Below, one piece after another: positions 9,097-21,600 of a DNA stretch of 64,000 nt. Below the pieces are notes generated by a model. That model worked only from the letters and a program-made list of their open reading frames with translations, made no database searches and was not told the DNA's origin. The translations under genes were made by a program, and so were the position numbers. This DNA comes from a virus, in IMG/VR virus record IMGVR_UViG_3300036766_000184, positions 23,864 through 87,863 of that record; one strand, 5' to 3'. Within the stretch, counting starts at the first letter, position 1; each line of letters begins with the position of its first letter.

Positions 9097-10863
9097 GTGG
9101 CTGACGACGAACTCGACTTCAACACGTTCGGGCAGGACAGCAACGCCGGGAGTGTCGATCAGCTTGAATCCGCGTTCCAGCAGCAGCACGCCAACAACGC
9201 CGACAACTTTGTCACCACGATCCCGTCGAGCACGAACTTCTCCCTAACGCGACCGGACGGAACGACGGTCTCCCCCGCCGACTACTCGTTGATGGTCGGC
9301 AAGCTTGCGGTCGCCCCGGAGATGCAGGGTCTCGTGGTCGACAAGGCCGGGAACGTCTTGAACTCGGACGGGACACCGCTCAATCCATCTCAGAAAGATG
9401 GGCTACTCAAGACCCTCGGGAGCTTCTTCGACTCCTCCACGGGGCGCCTGATCGGTTCTCTTGCGCTCGGGGCGGCCGGGATGGGCCTCGGCAAGCTGGT
9501 GGCGGGTCCCGGCGGTACTCTCACGCTGCCCTCGACCACGGCGGGACAGAACCCGGTCGTCGCCGCGGCGCAGCCGCAGTTGCTCGCCTCGCTGGCCGGT
9601 CAGGGCGGGGCCGATCTCAAGTCGGCCCTCGATGCGAACTTCGCCGGGCAGAAGACCCTCGCCTCGGCCTCCACCGAAGACATCGCGCGCGCGAGTGCCG
9701 CCAACGCCCAGATCGAGGCACAGTCGGCCCCACTGCGCTCTCTGGCTGCGGCAAACCTCCCCGGCTATATGACCGGCACGGCCCCCCACCCGTCTGCGGC
9801 CTACGACGCCACCACGAGTGCCGCGATGGCCCAGATGGAGAAGCTGCTCGGCCTGCCGACCGGCACGCTGACGGGGGCTGGCGCTGCGGCGGGCGGCGGC
9901 GGCATCACGGACGACCAGTTCACCGCGAAGGGCATCTTCGATCCCGGACTGCGCAATATCATCAGAACGGATCCGACCGAAGCCTACAACTACGGCCTCG
10001 GCCCGAACCCTGCGACGACGCCTGGCGCGGCCGACACGACCGCCCCGGCGGGTGTGACCCAGGACTCGCTGCTTCCGGCCATCACGGACAAGCTCAGCAA
10101 GACGATGGCTGGCGGCCCCGCAGCCTACTACAGCGCGGACCCGGTGCAGGCCCAGATGGCAGCGCGGCTTCAGAACGCGCTCGCGGGAGGGGAACTGGAC
10201 CCGGCGACCGAGCGCAGCATCCGGGAACAGCTCGACATCCTGCACAACAACCTCAAGCGGGCCTACGGGGACGCGGGGGCCGAGTGGAACTCGACGGTCG
10301 GGCAGAGCCTCGCGGCCAAGAGCGCCGAGTCGGTCGCGGCCCTGCGGTACGGAGTCAACCGAGATGTCGTGAACTCGCTCGGGCCTCAAGAGCAGGCGCG
10401 CCGGACCTTCGCGATCACGAACCCGCAGAATATGTACCTGGCCGATCTCGGGTTCTACGGGGGCCAGCAGCAGCAGCGCAGTCAGTTGCCGGCCGCCGAG
10501 ACCCGGGCCCTCCTGGCGCAATACTTCCCCACGGTCGCCCAGAACGCGGCCTTCAACGAGAACGCCCGTCAGGTGAACGTGGCCCAGAACGCCGCGATCA
10601 CCGGACTCAATCGCCCCACGCTGGCGACCGGCTCGAACGCGCTCGGGAACCAGATCACCTCGTTGTCGCCGCTGCTCGGTGTCAACGAGCCGAACGTGTT
10701 CCCGACTCTCGCGGCGGCGAGCACGAGCGCCTTCAATGCGCAGCAGGCCGCCGATGCCGCGCAGGCCAAGAGCATCGCGGACATCTTCGGCAACGCGGCG
10801 GGCACGCTCAAGCCCGCCACGAACGTCACACTGGCGCCGACCGGCACCGGGATGTTCTCCTAG
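9097..10863 (+). CDS. Internal virion (ejection) protein
   Basis: 588 aa, Ala/Gln/Gly-rich helical with a glycine-zipper segment; first of three increasingly large genes. Confidence 0.7.
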   Translation: MADDELDFNTFGQDSNAGSVDQLESAFQQQHANNADNFVTTIPSSTNFSLTRPDGTTVSPADYSLMVGKLAVAPEMQGLVVDKAGNVLNSDGTPLNPSQKDGLLKTLGSFFDSSTGRLIGSLALGAAGMGLGKLVAGPGGTLTLPSTTAGQNPVVAAAQPQLLASLAGQGGADLKSALDANFAGQKTLASASTEDIARASAANAQIEAQSAPLRSLAAANLPGYMTGTAPHPSAAYDATTSAAMAQMEKLLGLPTGTLTGAGAAAGGGGITDDQFTAKGIFDPGLRNIIRTDPTEAYNYGLGPNPATTPGAADTTAPAGVTQDSLLPAITDKLSKTMAGGPAAYYSADPVQAQMAARLQNALAGGELDPATERSIREQLDILHNNLKRAYGDAGAEWNSTVGQSLAAKSAESVAALRYGVNRDVVNSLGPQEQARRTFAITNPQNMYLADLGFYGGQQQQRSQLPAAETRALLAQYFPTVAQNAAFNENARQVNVAQNAAITGLNRPTLATGSNALGNQITSLSPLLGVNEPNVFPTLAAASTSAFNAQQAADAAQAKSIADIFGNAAGTLKPATNVTLAPTGTGMFS

Positions 10864-12617
10864 TGGCCGCACCGTTCTCGGTCGCCTACCCGAGTGCCGG
10901 GAACGCGGCGGGGTCGCAGTTCGTCGACAGCTACCTGCGCGCGAAGTCACTCGCGATCCAGGAGCAGAACGCGGACGCGCTCAATCAGTACCGGGCGCTT
11001 CAGATGCAGGAGATGCAGGAGGCCGCTGCCCGCCGGGCAGGGGACGAGCGCGCGCTGTCAGCGGTTGCCAATGCCCCGACGGGTCCGATTACGCTGGCGT
11101 CCGAACAGCGCACCCCCGGCGCGATCGTAACCCCCGCATCGCCGGGCACCATGGCCGCCGAGGTCCCCGACGAGATGGGAGTCGCGCCGCCGATCTCGAT
11201 GGCCGCGACGAACCCGACCGCGGAAGTCCGTGCGCCCGATCAGGTCACCCCAGCCATCACGACGCCGGGGATCGCCATGTCGGACATCACGAAGTCGCTC
11301 GCGGCCGATCCGAAGGCTCTCGCGGGTCTCGCAACCCCGCAGGCCGCGGCCCTCATGAAGCAGCGCGGCGTCCTGTCGAGCGCCGACATCGAGCGCAAGA
11401 AGAACCTCGCGGATGCCAAGACGGAAGCGATCGGCTACCGGGACCAGATCCAGGAGATGATGAGCGGTCGCGACGTGGACCCGATCAAAATCGCGCTCAC
11501 CCGGAAGGCGTACCACGAGAAGGCCGCGATGGTCTACGCCGAGAGCGATCCCGCGCAGGCGCGCGAGCATCGTCAGGCGGCCGAGGCGTTCATGACCGAG
11601 GCGATCGGACTCTCGAACAACAAGCACGAGAATGATCTGGCGCGGGACGATCTCCGGTCCTTCAACGCCGCCGTGACGAAGTTCGACACCAAGGGCGGCA
11701 ATACCCCGGAGAACATGAGCGCGGTGCTCGACGCCGTGGCGGACTTCCAGAGCAAGGGCTTGGGCGCGACCCGGACGGCGTTCATCAACCACAAGCTGAC
11801 GAACATGATCGCCTCGATCCAGGACCCGGCCTACAAGGAGTTCGTCTCGGGCGTCGTGCAGAGCATGAACGCCCAGACCGGCACGCAGGATCTCCACAAG
11901 GCGTTCCTGGCTCAGAGCCTGATCGACCCGGACACCATGACGCGCATGATCGGCGACAAGGGGCACTTCGGGGACTGGGCCCGCAAGGCACTCTCACCGG
12001 ATCGGACGCTGAGCCTGAGCGCAGTCGGGGTCGCCCAGAAGCGAGTGGACGCGGAGATCGCGGCCGGGAGTCGGCCGGGCGTCGAGCAAGGGTCGGCCGC
12101 CTACTGGAAGCTCGTCAGTCAGTTCGCGCAAGAGGGTGTCAACGCCCGCGATGCGAGCCGTCACGACGACGCTGAGCGCCGACGCAGCCTCCAGCTTTAT
12201 GACCGGGAAATCGCGATCCACAAGAGCGAACTGGGGCGGATTCGTGCCGATCTCAAGGCCATTGAGAAAACCCCCTACGCCGAGCGAGCGGCGCGGCGCA
12301 AAGAGTTGACCGAGCGGGAAGCCGAAGCCGACCGGCTGCTGAAAGAAGCGGAGAGCGGCCTCGCGGCATTCAAGAAGACGGCCGAGCCCACAGACTCAGG
12401 CGAGCGCGCCGACCTTGAGCAACAGGTCAAGGACGCCAAGGGCTCGACGGCCGCGTCTGCGCAAGGCACGGCGGCGGCGACCTTCGAGTCGGCCCCGCCC
12501 GCGTCCAAGAAGGCGGCCGTCATCGCCATGACGAACGCGCTCTTTCCGAAGCGCACATGGCCGCAGTTGAACGAACAGGAGCGGACGACAGTTCTCGGTC
12601 GCCTCACGGGCCGCTAG
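10863..12617 (+). CDS. Internal virion (ejection) protein
   Basis: Helical Ala/Glu/Lys-rich; GTG start overlaps upstream stop. Confidence 0.7.
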   Translation: MAAPFSVAYPSAGNAAGSQFVDSYLRAKSLAIQEQNADALNQYRALQMQEMQEAAARRAGDERALSAVANAPTGPITLASEQRTPGAIVTPASPGTMAAEVPDEMGVAPPISMAATNPTAEVRAPDQVTPAITTPGIAMSDITKSLAADPKALAGLATPQAAALMKQRGVLSSADIERKKNLADAKTEAIGYRDQIQEMMSGRDVDPIKIALTRKAYHEKAAMVYAESDPAQAREHRQAAEAFMTEAIGLSNNKHENDLARDDLRSFNAAVTKFDTKGGNTPENMSAVLDAVADFQSKGLGATRTAFINHKLTNMIASIQDPAYKEFVSGVVQSMNAQTGTQDLHKAFLAQSLIDPDTMTRMIGDKGHFGDWARKALSPDRTLSLSAVGVAQKRVDAEIAAGSRPGVEQGSAAYWKLVSQFAQEGVNARDASRHDDAERRRSLQLYDREIAIHKSELGRIRADLKAIEKTPYAERAARRKELTEREAEADRLLKEAESGLAAFKKTAEPTDSGERADLEQQVKDAKGSTAASAQGTAAATFESAPPASKKAAVIAMTNALFPKRTWPQLNEQERTTVLGRLTGR

Positions 12618-12618
12618 T

Positions 12619-15600
12619 ATGGCCGTCACCATCCGCGACATCGACGCGCTCTTCGACGAAGAGCCGAAGAAAGACAGCGCGGCCTCAGCGCCCGCCACAA
12701 CCCCGGCAGCACTCGCACCGCCCATAACGACGGTCGGGGACATTGACAAGCTCTTCGCCGAGTCGCCCGACGATTCAGCATCGACCTTCCCCGCGAGCAC
12801 GCCGGAGATCAGGCAGGCCGAACTCGACCGGAACCTCCGCGACATCAAGGCCGGAAATGTCCCGCCGACCATCCAGGCCCCGATCGCCGCGGTCGATCCT
12901 GCGACGGGTGTCCCGCTCGACATGCCATCCCCGACACCACCCGTGACATCGGGCGAACCCGGCATCCTCACGCGCCTCGGTCGTGCCGCGCGCAACGTCA
13001 TCATGGGCACGCCAGCCGCCGCCCAGCCCGCGACACGTGATGGCTCCGGGGGCGTCATCGAGCCGCCGCCGAGTCAGGCTGAGGTGCGCGCGACCGCGCC
13101 GGGTGGAGGGCCGTTGGTCACACCACCTCCGGCGACACCTGCGGTCACTACGCCGATCGTCTCAGCGTCTACGGTGCCGGCGCCTCCTGCCCAGCGCTCA
13201 TCCACGCAGCCGGTGTTCACACCACCCGCACCCGTGACGCCGGAGAATCCTCTTCCCGAGTGGGCGGTCGAGCGCAATAAGATCACGCCGACCCCATCCA
13301 GCGCTCCCGTCATCAACTCGGTCAGGGACCTCGCGCCTCATGTCGCCGATCTTGTCGCGCCGCCGATCAATGCACGTCCCGCTATCGAGGATGCTGGTCA
13401 GCAACTCGACGCCTTCAGGGCTCGACTTGACCAGGAGCATACGGCCCTTGTGGCGGAGCGGTCTGCGCTGAATGCTGCGCGCGCGAGCCTTGAGTCGCGC
13501 CTCGGGCAATCACGAGCCCCAGGAGCACGAGCGGCCATCGAGGCTGAGGTCGCCAGCTACAACGAGCGCGAGGGGGTATTCAGCCAGCGCAGGGGGGCCT
13601 TCGGAATTGCCGCCGAGAGTTTCAACGCTCGCGCGGATAGGCTCAGGGCGCTGGACAAGGACGAGTCGTCGCGTGGCGGGATCGTTGAGCGTGGGACGCG
13701 CGCCGCCGTTGAAGCGCAGCGCAGCGGCATCAGTCGAGCAGCGCAAGCCGTCACCTCGCTGGGCGAAATCCCCTTGTACGCGGGGCCGGGCTCAACGAGC
13801 GAGCGGGTCAATGTCCCCAATATCGTCTGGCAAGCCTCCCTCAATCTCGCCAACGGGCTGTTGCAGGCCGGCGCAGCACCAGCCATTGGCGTTGGAGCGG
13901 CGGGCCGGGCGGCCCTTGAAAAGGCAGATCCAGAACTCGCGAGCACGACGCTTGTCGGCGACGACGCGACGGCGCGTGGCATCCGACTCGGATTGATGCC
14001 GACAGAAATCCCCGTGGATCGCACCCCCGAGGAACACGCCGCCCTTGGTGCGCCGATCACCGTCGGGGAAGCCGTCGAGATCCTCGGTGCCCTCGGCACG
14101 ATCATGGGTATCGGGCGCATCGCGTCGAGCAACACGCGCTACGTGATTAACTGGGGTCGGCCTGGCCCGAGGTTCGGTCGCATTGAGCCGATGAAGGCCC
14201 TGCCACCAGCGCCACCCGAGGCGCTCTCAGGCGTGGTCGCTCGCCCTGAGCCGGTCGGTCCATCTGGATCAGCCCCCACCATCGACCTGACCGTGACACT
14301 CGGCGACATCTCGTCTGCCCGCGCGGGCAAGGCGAATCTTGCTGAGTCACTGGCGGATGCAGCGGTCAGCCGACTCAAACCGCTCCCCGCGGAATGGGAT
14401 GCCGGTCGCCGTGTCTTCACGCTCACGGAAGACATCCCCGGCCATGCCCGCGGTGATGTCGTCAGCGCAACACAGGCCGCAGCGGAGGGCTATGACCCGT
14501 TGCGCCTTGCCGCGCGGACCAGCGCGACGCCGACCACTCGGCCGGTCGCTACAGCGGCGCGTCCTGAGCCGATCCTCATCGAGTCCGAGCCAGCGGCGGC
14601 TGGGTCGGGGCCGCTTGCGCCGGCCGCAGAGGCAGCGAAGGCTCGGCTCGCGCAACGGGCACCGACGCCACCGTTCGGGCCATCAGAACCACTCGCGTCC
14701 ACGGCCCCCGTCACCACCGAGGACATCGACGCGCTCTTCGTACCGCCCGCCAGAAACGAGCCGGAAACGACCCCCGAGTCGGCCGATCTCAAGCCCGCGC
14801 CATCGTTGACATCGCCGGGAAATCAACGGGGCGCCATGACTCCGCTCACTCCCGAATCGGTGGCCGCCGCGCTGGAGGATGCGAACGGCAACTACATCAC
14901 GGCTGCGGAGGCGCTCGCCGGGAGCGACAACCTCCTGAGCGTCCTGAACGCGGCGAATCAGGCCCGGAAACTCTCGCCCGAGTTCAACGACGCGATGGGC
15001 AACCGGCCCCGCACGGGCTCGATGCTCAAGGTGGAACGGGACCGGCTCGCGCAAGAAGACCGCGGCGGATGGGACCTCAACAACGACAACGACCTGATCG
15101 CCTTCGTGAAGAGTAAGGGGGGTATCCGACCGGACCCCGGCGGGGACCTCTCCGAGAAATGGGAGGCGATCCCGAAGGAACTGCGGAGCAAGACCAAGGG
15201 GCTCACGCCGTCGCAGATGGCGGAAGTCGTCAACGAATCCCTCGGACGCGAGCGCAACACGAATGTCATCAACGACGCGGAGATCCTGCGCCGCTTGTCG
15301 AAGTCGACGGTGCGCGGCGGAGCGCGCGGCCAGCGTGAAGAGGTTGACCGTGCGCAGGCCGAGCAGGAACGTCAGGCCGCCGATGCCCACGCGCGCTTCA
15401 TGGACATGCCGGAAGCCGAACAGATCGCCGCGCTTCGTGATATGACCGGGGCCTCGGAGGCGGATGCGCGAGCGCTTCTCAAGGCCCGACAGGATGCCGC
15501 GAGGCCCGTCGAGTTCCTGTCCGACAAAGACGAACCGACCGGCGAGAAGGGCGCGCTCGACAGGGCGCTCCTCGAAGGCTTCCTGGCAGGACCGGAACGG

Positions 15601-18600
15601 GAGCCGCGCGAGATCATCCGTGAGGTGCTCGATCAGGTCGGCGGCCACGAGGCGGTCGCCAAGGGGATGTTCGGCGGCGATATAGGCGAACTCGACGCCT
15701 TCGTGCGCCGTGTCCATGCGGAGGCGGTGGAGTCGAGCAAGGCGATGGAGCCGAGAGCGCCCTATGGTGGTCGCGGCACCTCCTTGCCCGCGCGGGCAAT
15801 GTTTCGCGGCGTCAAGGCTGGCCGAGATCCTCACGCCATCGAGGGCACCATCGGCGGCACGACATTCTCGCCTGACGAAAAGGTGGCGCGCGCCTACGCG
15901 GGCGAAGACGGTCGTGTTGTGCGCGAGAACCTCGGATTCAAGAATCTGCTCGCGGCCAAGAACTGGATGGAGGCTAAGCGCGCACTCGAACTCCCCGCAT
16001 CGGCGACCATGCCAGAGCTGATCCGGGCGGCGAGTGACGCTGGGCACGACGGTCTCGCGTTTCAGGGCGCGCACGGGCAGGAGTACATCAAGATCCCATC
16101 CAAGGGACCAGAGCCCAAGACCGAGAAGACCCCACTCGGCGATCAGGTCTTGGTCCCCGACACCCCCAAGCGCTCGATCCCCACCGGGAAAGCCAAGGCC
16201 CGCGTCGAGCAGCGCCCCTTGGACTCGACGCCGCTGTTCGGACAGGACAAAGCGGAACGAGATCGGAATTCCGACGACGCGCAGGGGATGCTTCTTGAGG
16301 ACCGCGCGCCGTTCCAGGCACAGGAGAAAGCGGCCAAAGCTCAGGAGAAGGCCGCTGAGGCGCTCACGAAAGCTGCTGGCGCGATCAAGGATGCGGCCGA
16401 CGAAGTGCGGGCGGCCGTTCCCGAGGCCCCGAAGCCCGCGCCGGTCACGTGGGGCGGCTGGCAGGAGCGCTTCAACAAGGAGCCGCTGCCGCTCTGGTCT
16501 CTGACCCAAGACATCCCCGGCCACCCGAAAGGCTCTACGGTCGGCCCCCAGGCGCTCCAGAAGGCGGGATTCGAGGTCCCCGAGCCCCCGGAAGCGGCCC
16601 CGACCGGCGCATCGCCGTACAAGTACTCAAGCGTAGAGATCCGACTGCCGGCCGGGATCGGAGACGCGGTGCGCCGGTTCGCGCAGACGATCCCGCAAGA
16701 TCAGTTGGCGCCGAAGGGTGTCGAGGCGGTGTCTCACGTAACCGTTCGTTATGGCATCCAAAGCTCAGAGCCCGACCGGATTAAGGACGCGCTCAAGGAT
16801 CAGGGCCCCGTCGAGATCACGCTCGGCACGGTCAAGAGCTTCCCGGACACCGGCGACGGAGAAGTCCTCTACGTGGAGGCCCAGGGCCCGGCGGTCGACG
16901 CGCTCCACGAGCACCTGACGGACGCGCTCGTGACCGTCGACACCCAGAAGACGTTCAAACCTCACGTCACCCTCGCCTATTTGAAGAAGGGCGAAGCCAA
17001 GGCCCACGTCGGCGACACCAGTTTCGTCGGCCGGACCTTCACGGCCTCCGAGGTCGTGTTCTCGCCGCGCGATGGAGCGGAGCCTACGGTACTGGCCTTG
17101 CCCGGGCGGGCAGTGGAGCCAGCCACCGAAGCGCCGCGTGTGTCAGACACACCATCCGGTGTGCTAGACACACAGCCGCCGACCGCCGTCAACGAACCAG
17201 TCGCCCCCTACACCACGGAGCCCGCCCCGGCTTTCTTCTCCGCACTCCGTGACGCAGCCGACAAGCGTCTGCCCGCGCGGGCCAGCGCCGAGCAGATCAT
17301 GGCGACCATCCGGGCGACCCCAGGCGTCAAGGCCGACGAGATCACCTGGACCTACCTCCCCGAGTGGTTGGCCGAACAGAAAGGCCCGATCGCCAAGGCG
17401 GACGTGCTGGCGTATCTGGACGACTACGGCGTCAAGGTGCGGGAAAGCCTGCGCGGGCAGGGAGCGGGGAGCGATCCGGGCCAAGAGGCATTCCGTCGAG
17501 CGTTCGAGCCCGCCGCGCCCGGCGAGTACGCGCGCACATTCCGCGACCTGATCGAGCCGCTTGGCTACCACCCGGAGCATGCGTCCTCGGGGCCGGGCTA
17601 TCTCGTCATCCGCGCCGCGCCCATCGTCAATCCGGAAGTGGGCCTGGACGAATTGAACCGACGGATGGATCTGCTCGAAGCCGAGCGCGAGCCTGCCTAT
17701 CGGGCCGCACACCGTCTCGGCATCATCGACACGCGCAGTGAGGCTGAGGACATGGAACTCGCCCGCCTCACACAGACCTTGACGATCATCGACGGACAGG
17801 AACAAGAGATCGACGACCAGATTCAAGAGGTCGTTGACCGGGATCGTCCGCGCTACTTCACCATCCGCGCTGAGGGCCGCGTACTGCTCAACGACGACGA
17901 GGGGGCCGCCGACTTCGATGAGGCTGTCGTGAATGCGTGGCGTGACCAGGAGGATCGCGCAGGACGCAGTACCACACCGAACGCCAATCTCTCGCCCGCC
18001 GAGTACGAAGGCTACAAGGCCGTCAGAGGCGGTGAGAGCTACCGCGAGCTACTGTTCCTCTATGAGAGGCCGCCAACAGAGCTTGACAAAGAGATTCGTG
18101 CGCTCTCGCGGGGCAGGGGGCGACCGGGCTCAGGCCATGACGATGCTTTCTCGATACAACCGGAAGACCAGCCACGCTTGGACGCGCTGCTCAGCCGTCG
18201 TGTCGGGCTACCCCGCCATGTTTTCCGGCCCCCTCACTTCCGCAACGCCGAGGACATGATTGCGCATGTCCGATTCGATGTCCGCACCGACGCCGACGGC
18301 CGGCGCGGACTCCTGATCCAAGAGGTGCAGGACGACCTCGACAACCAGATCCGCAAGCGACAGGACAACTTGAAGTCGATGGAGCGCGCATTGCCGGATG
18401 TCGCAGAAGGAACGCCAGCGCGACCCGGACTAGAAGGAAACATCGCGGACGCGAAGACCGAGATCGCCCGCCTCGAAGCCCTTCTCCCCTTCCGGGGCGG
18501 CAAGTCGAACGAGTTGGTGATGAAGCGCGTCCTGCGTTTTGCTTCGGAACAGGGCTACGACTTCGTGGGGTTGGCGACGGGCGCGCAGCAGGCGGAATTG

Positions 18601-21600
18601 TACAACCTCTCGACGCACGTCAAGCGGATCATGCTCTACGACGCCAGCGGCGGCATCAGCGTGCCCAAAGATGGACCGTTCGTAAGCGGGATGTTCGTGG
18701 CGACCCCGCGAGATCGCGGACAACAGATTGAGCGCCGCATTGACTTGGCGCAAGACCCAGAAGCGCTGAACGATCTCGTCGGCCCTGAGATGGCGGCGCG
18801 ACTCCTGGCGCGTCCGTCTCGCGTGGGCAACTGGGCTGGACTCGGCGCGCGTATCCGTTCGCTGGAAGATCTGGACCTCGAAATGCCGAGTAAGCAAGCG
18901 CAAGGCAAGAAGAAGACCTACGACGAGATCCTCCTCGCCGTCCTGAACAAGCTGGCGAAGCCGTGGGGACAGAAGGTGGAGGATCGGTACCTGAAGGCTG
19001 ATGCGGGATCTCGGACGATGGCGAATGATGACGCTGGTTCCGCAGCGGCGATCGGCGCCGCGCCCATCCACGCTATCGCCATCACCCCCGAGATGCGCGA
19101 GGCCCTCCTGCGTCACGGCTTCCCGCTCTTCGAGGACCGCGCGGCCTACGGGGCACTCCCCGCTGAGGCCAAGGTCGCCGCTGACGCTCTCAACGCGCAG
19201 GACATCCGCAACAACCCCAACTTTACAAGGTGGTTCGGAGCCTCGAAGGTGGTGGACGAGAAGGGCGCCCCGAAGGTCGCCTACCGCGGCGACAACCGCG
19301 CGGATCGCCTCGACCGTCTCCGCAAGGCTCGCGCGTCCAGCGCGCATGGGTTCTTCTTCACCGAAGACCCGGCCATCGCGTCGAGCTACGCCACGGGGAA
19401 GGTCGACCGGAACGCGGTCGACGACGTGATGGAGGGCGAGAACTTCCGCAACTACTTCCGATTCACGCGCCCCGGCGTGCGCGGCACGATCAACCTGCAC
19501 GATCTCTGGTATCACCTGAGTCGAGCCGAGCAAGCGCGCGTCGAGGACGTGGTACGCAAGTCGGACTACACGGAAGAGCAGCCGGACGGCACGGTCGGCC
19601 CGCGCTACTGGGACTTCAGCGGCGAGCGTAGTGTGCGCGATCAGGCTGGATGGGATTACGAGATTCGTGACAACCGAGGCAACGTGCTCGACGCAGCGGC
19701 CTCGACCTACTTGGGCGGCGCGATTCTGCACGGCGATGGTGACGAGGCGCTCTTCCTCGATCTCCTGAAAGAGGCCGGGATCGAGGGCGAGTACGTCGAC
19801 CCGTGGGCGGAAGCCCCCGCCGTCACACCGGTCTATCTTGCGATCCAGACTCCGCTCGATACGGCGGCAATCCCACCGGCCGTGGTCGACCGACTCCGAG
19901 CCGTCGCGCGCCGCTCACGCCGTCAGCCGAAAGAGGGCTACGGCGACCCGTGGAACATGGCGGCCATCACGCCGAAGGTGTGGATCAGCGAGCTTGAAGA
20001 CAACCTGACGAAGGGCACGACGACCGCGTGGACCTCGATCCCGAAAGAGATCGTGCGCGCGCTCCAAGGGCTCGGCTACGACGGGATCAAGGACACGGGC
20101 GGGAAGATGGGCGGCCAGCCCCACGCGGTCTGGATTGCGTTCGAGCCGACGCAGGTCAAGAGCGCCATCGGGAATCGGGGCACGTTCGATCCGTCGAGCC
20201 CGTCACTGGTCCGAGAAGAAGCGACGCCCTACGCCGAGTTGCCCGCCCGGGCAGAGCCAGCTCCCGCGTTCTACTCGACGCTCCTCCAAGCCGCCGAGAA
20301 GCGCCTGATGCCGAAGATGTCCCGCGCTCAGGTCCTCGGGGTACTCGGGTCCACGCCGGGCGTCAAGAAGATCGAGATCCACTGGACCGGCCTTGAGGCG
20401 TGGCTCGCCGGCCAGCCCGAGGTCGGGATCAAGAAGACGGACGTGCTCGACTTCATCCGGGCGAATCAGGTCCGGGTGGCGATCAGGGAGTTGAGCGAGG
20501 CGACCTCGGAGACCGAGCAGCGACGGATCGAAGCAGAGTCCGGCCTCGATCTCTCCGAAGAATACGGAGGCATGGGCAGCTTCGACTCCGCGTGGGACGA
20601 GGTGCGCGCGCTCGACCCAGATCCTGAGTACGTGAAGGAGATGCGCGCCGAAGACCCGGACTGGGAGCCGAGCGACGAGGAGATCGAATACCGCTCGTCT
20701 CATCCGGCCGGGTACGAGGTGACCGGGAATCGTGAGAGCGGTTTCTCGGTCTGGGTCCCTGATGCGTCTAAGGGCGTCGGGCGCAGGGGCGTGCGCGATG
20801 ACGGCGGCGTCCAGTTCGATCGCCTCGACGCCGCACAAGAAGCCGCTGGCTTAGACTACTTCAACTGGCTTGAGAGAGCGGCTGACGATGGGGCCGCTCC
20901 TCGTCACGGCGAACACGTCGAGCCCGGCGGTCTCCCCGGCACCTATCGGGAGCGGCTGTTCGTGTGGCCGCCGGAGACGCTGGAGCCAGCGCCGACATCT
21001 CGAAGCCTGTGGCGCGAGAAAGCAGAGCAGGTCGCAGGCGAGAACGGCATCGAGCAGCCGCACCTGCTCAGCGATGCCGCTCTTCGAGAGCGTGTGGGCG
21101 AGATGGCCGCACAGGAGGACGTGAGCGCTGTTGATCGGCCTCGGCGCGACGACACGCTGTACGAGCCCCCATCTTCCCACTTCGATCAGCCCAACCTGAT
21201 CGCCCACGCGCGCCTGGACGACGGGACGCTTGTCGATGGGACGCCGGTGCTGCGGATGCAGGAAGCGCAATCCGACTGGCGGCACGCCGTCCTTTCCGAA
21301 GGCGAGCGCACCCCCGAGCCGCCGCCCGTCCTGACGGAGTTGCCGGAGGGGTACAAGGTGGAGTCGGCTCCGAGTCAGGTGGTCGAGCAGGGTGCCGGGA
21401 AGTTCCGCTATTCACCCGTCACGAAGGTCCTGTCCCATGTAGGGCCAGAGGGTCAGGAGTGGCGTCGCGACGGTGTCGAGCCGATCAACCTGGGCCTTTT
21501 CATGGACGAGTTCACGGCCGGCAAGCTATTCGACCGCCTCGAAGCCATCGGCGTCCTCAAGAAAACCCTCAGAAAGAGGTCCTGGGTCGTCCGTCAGCCT

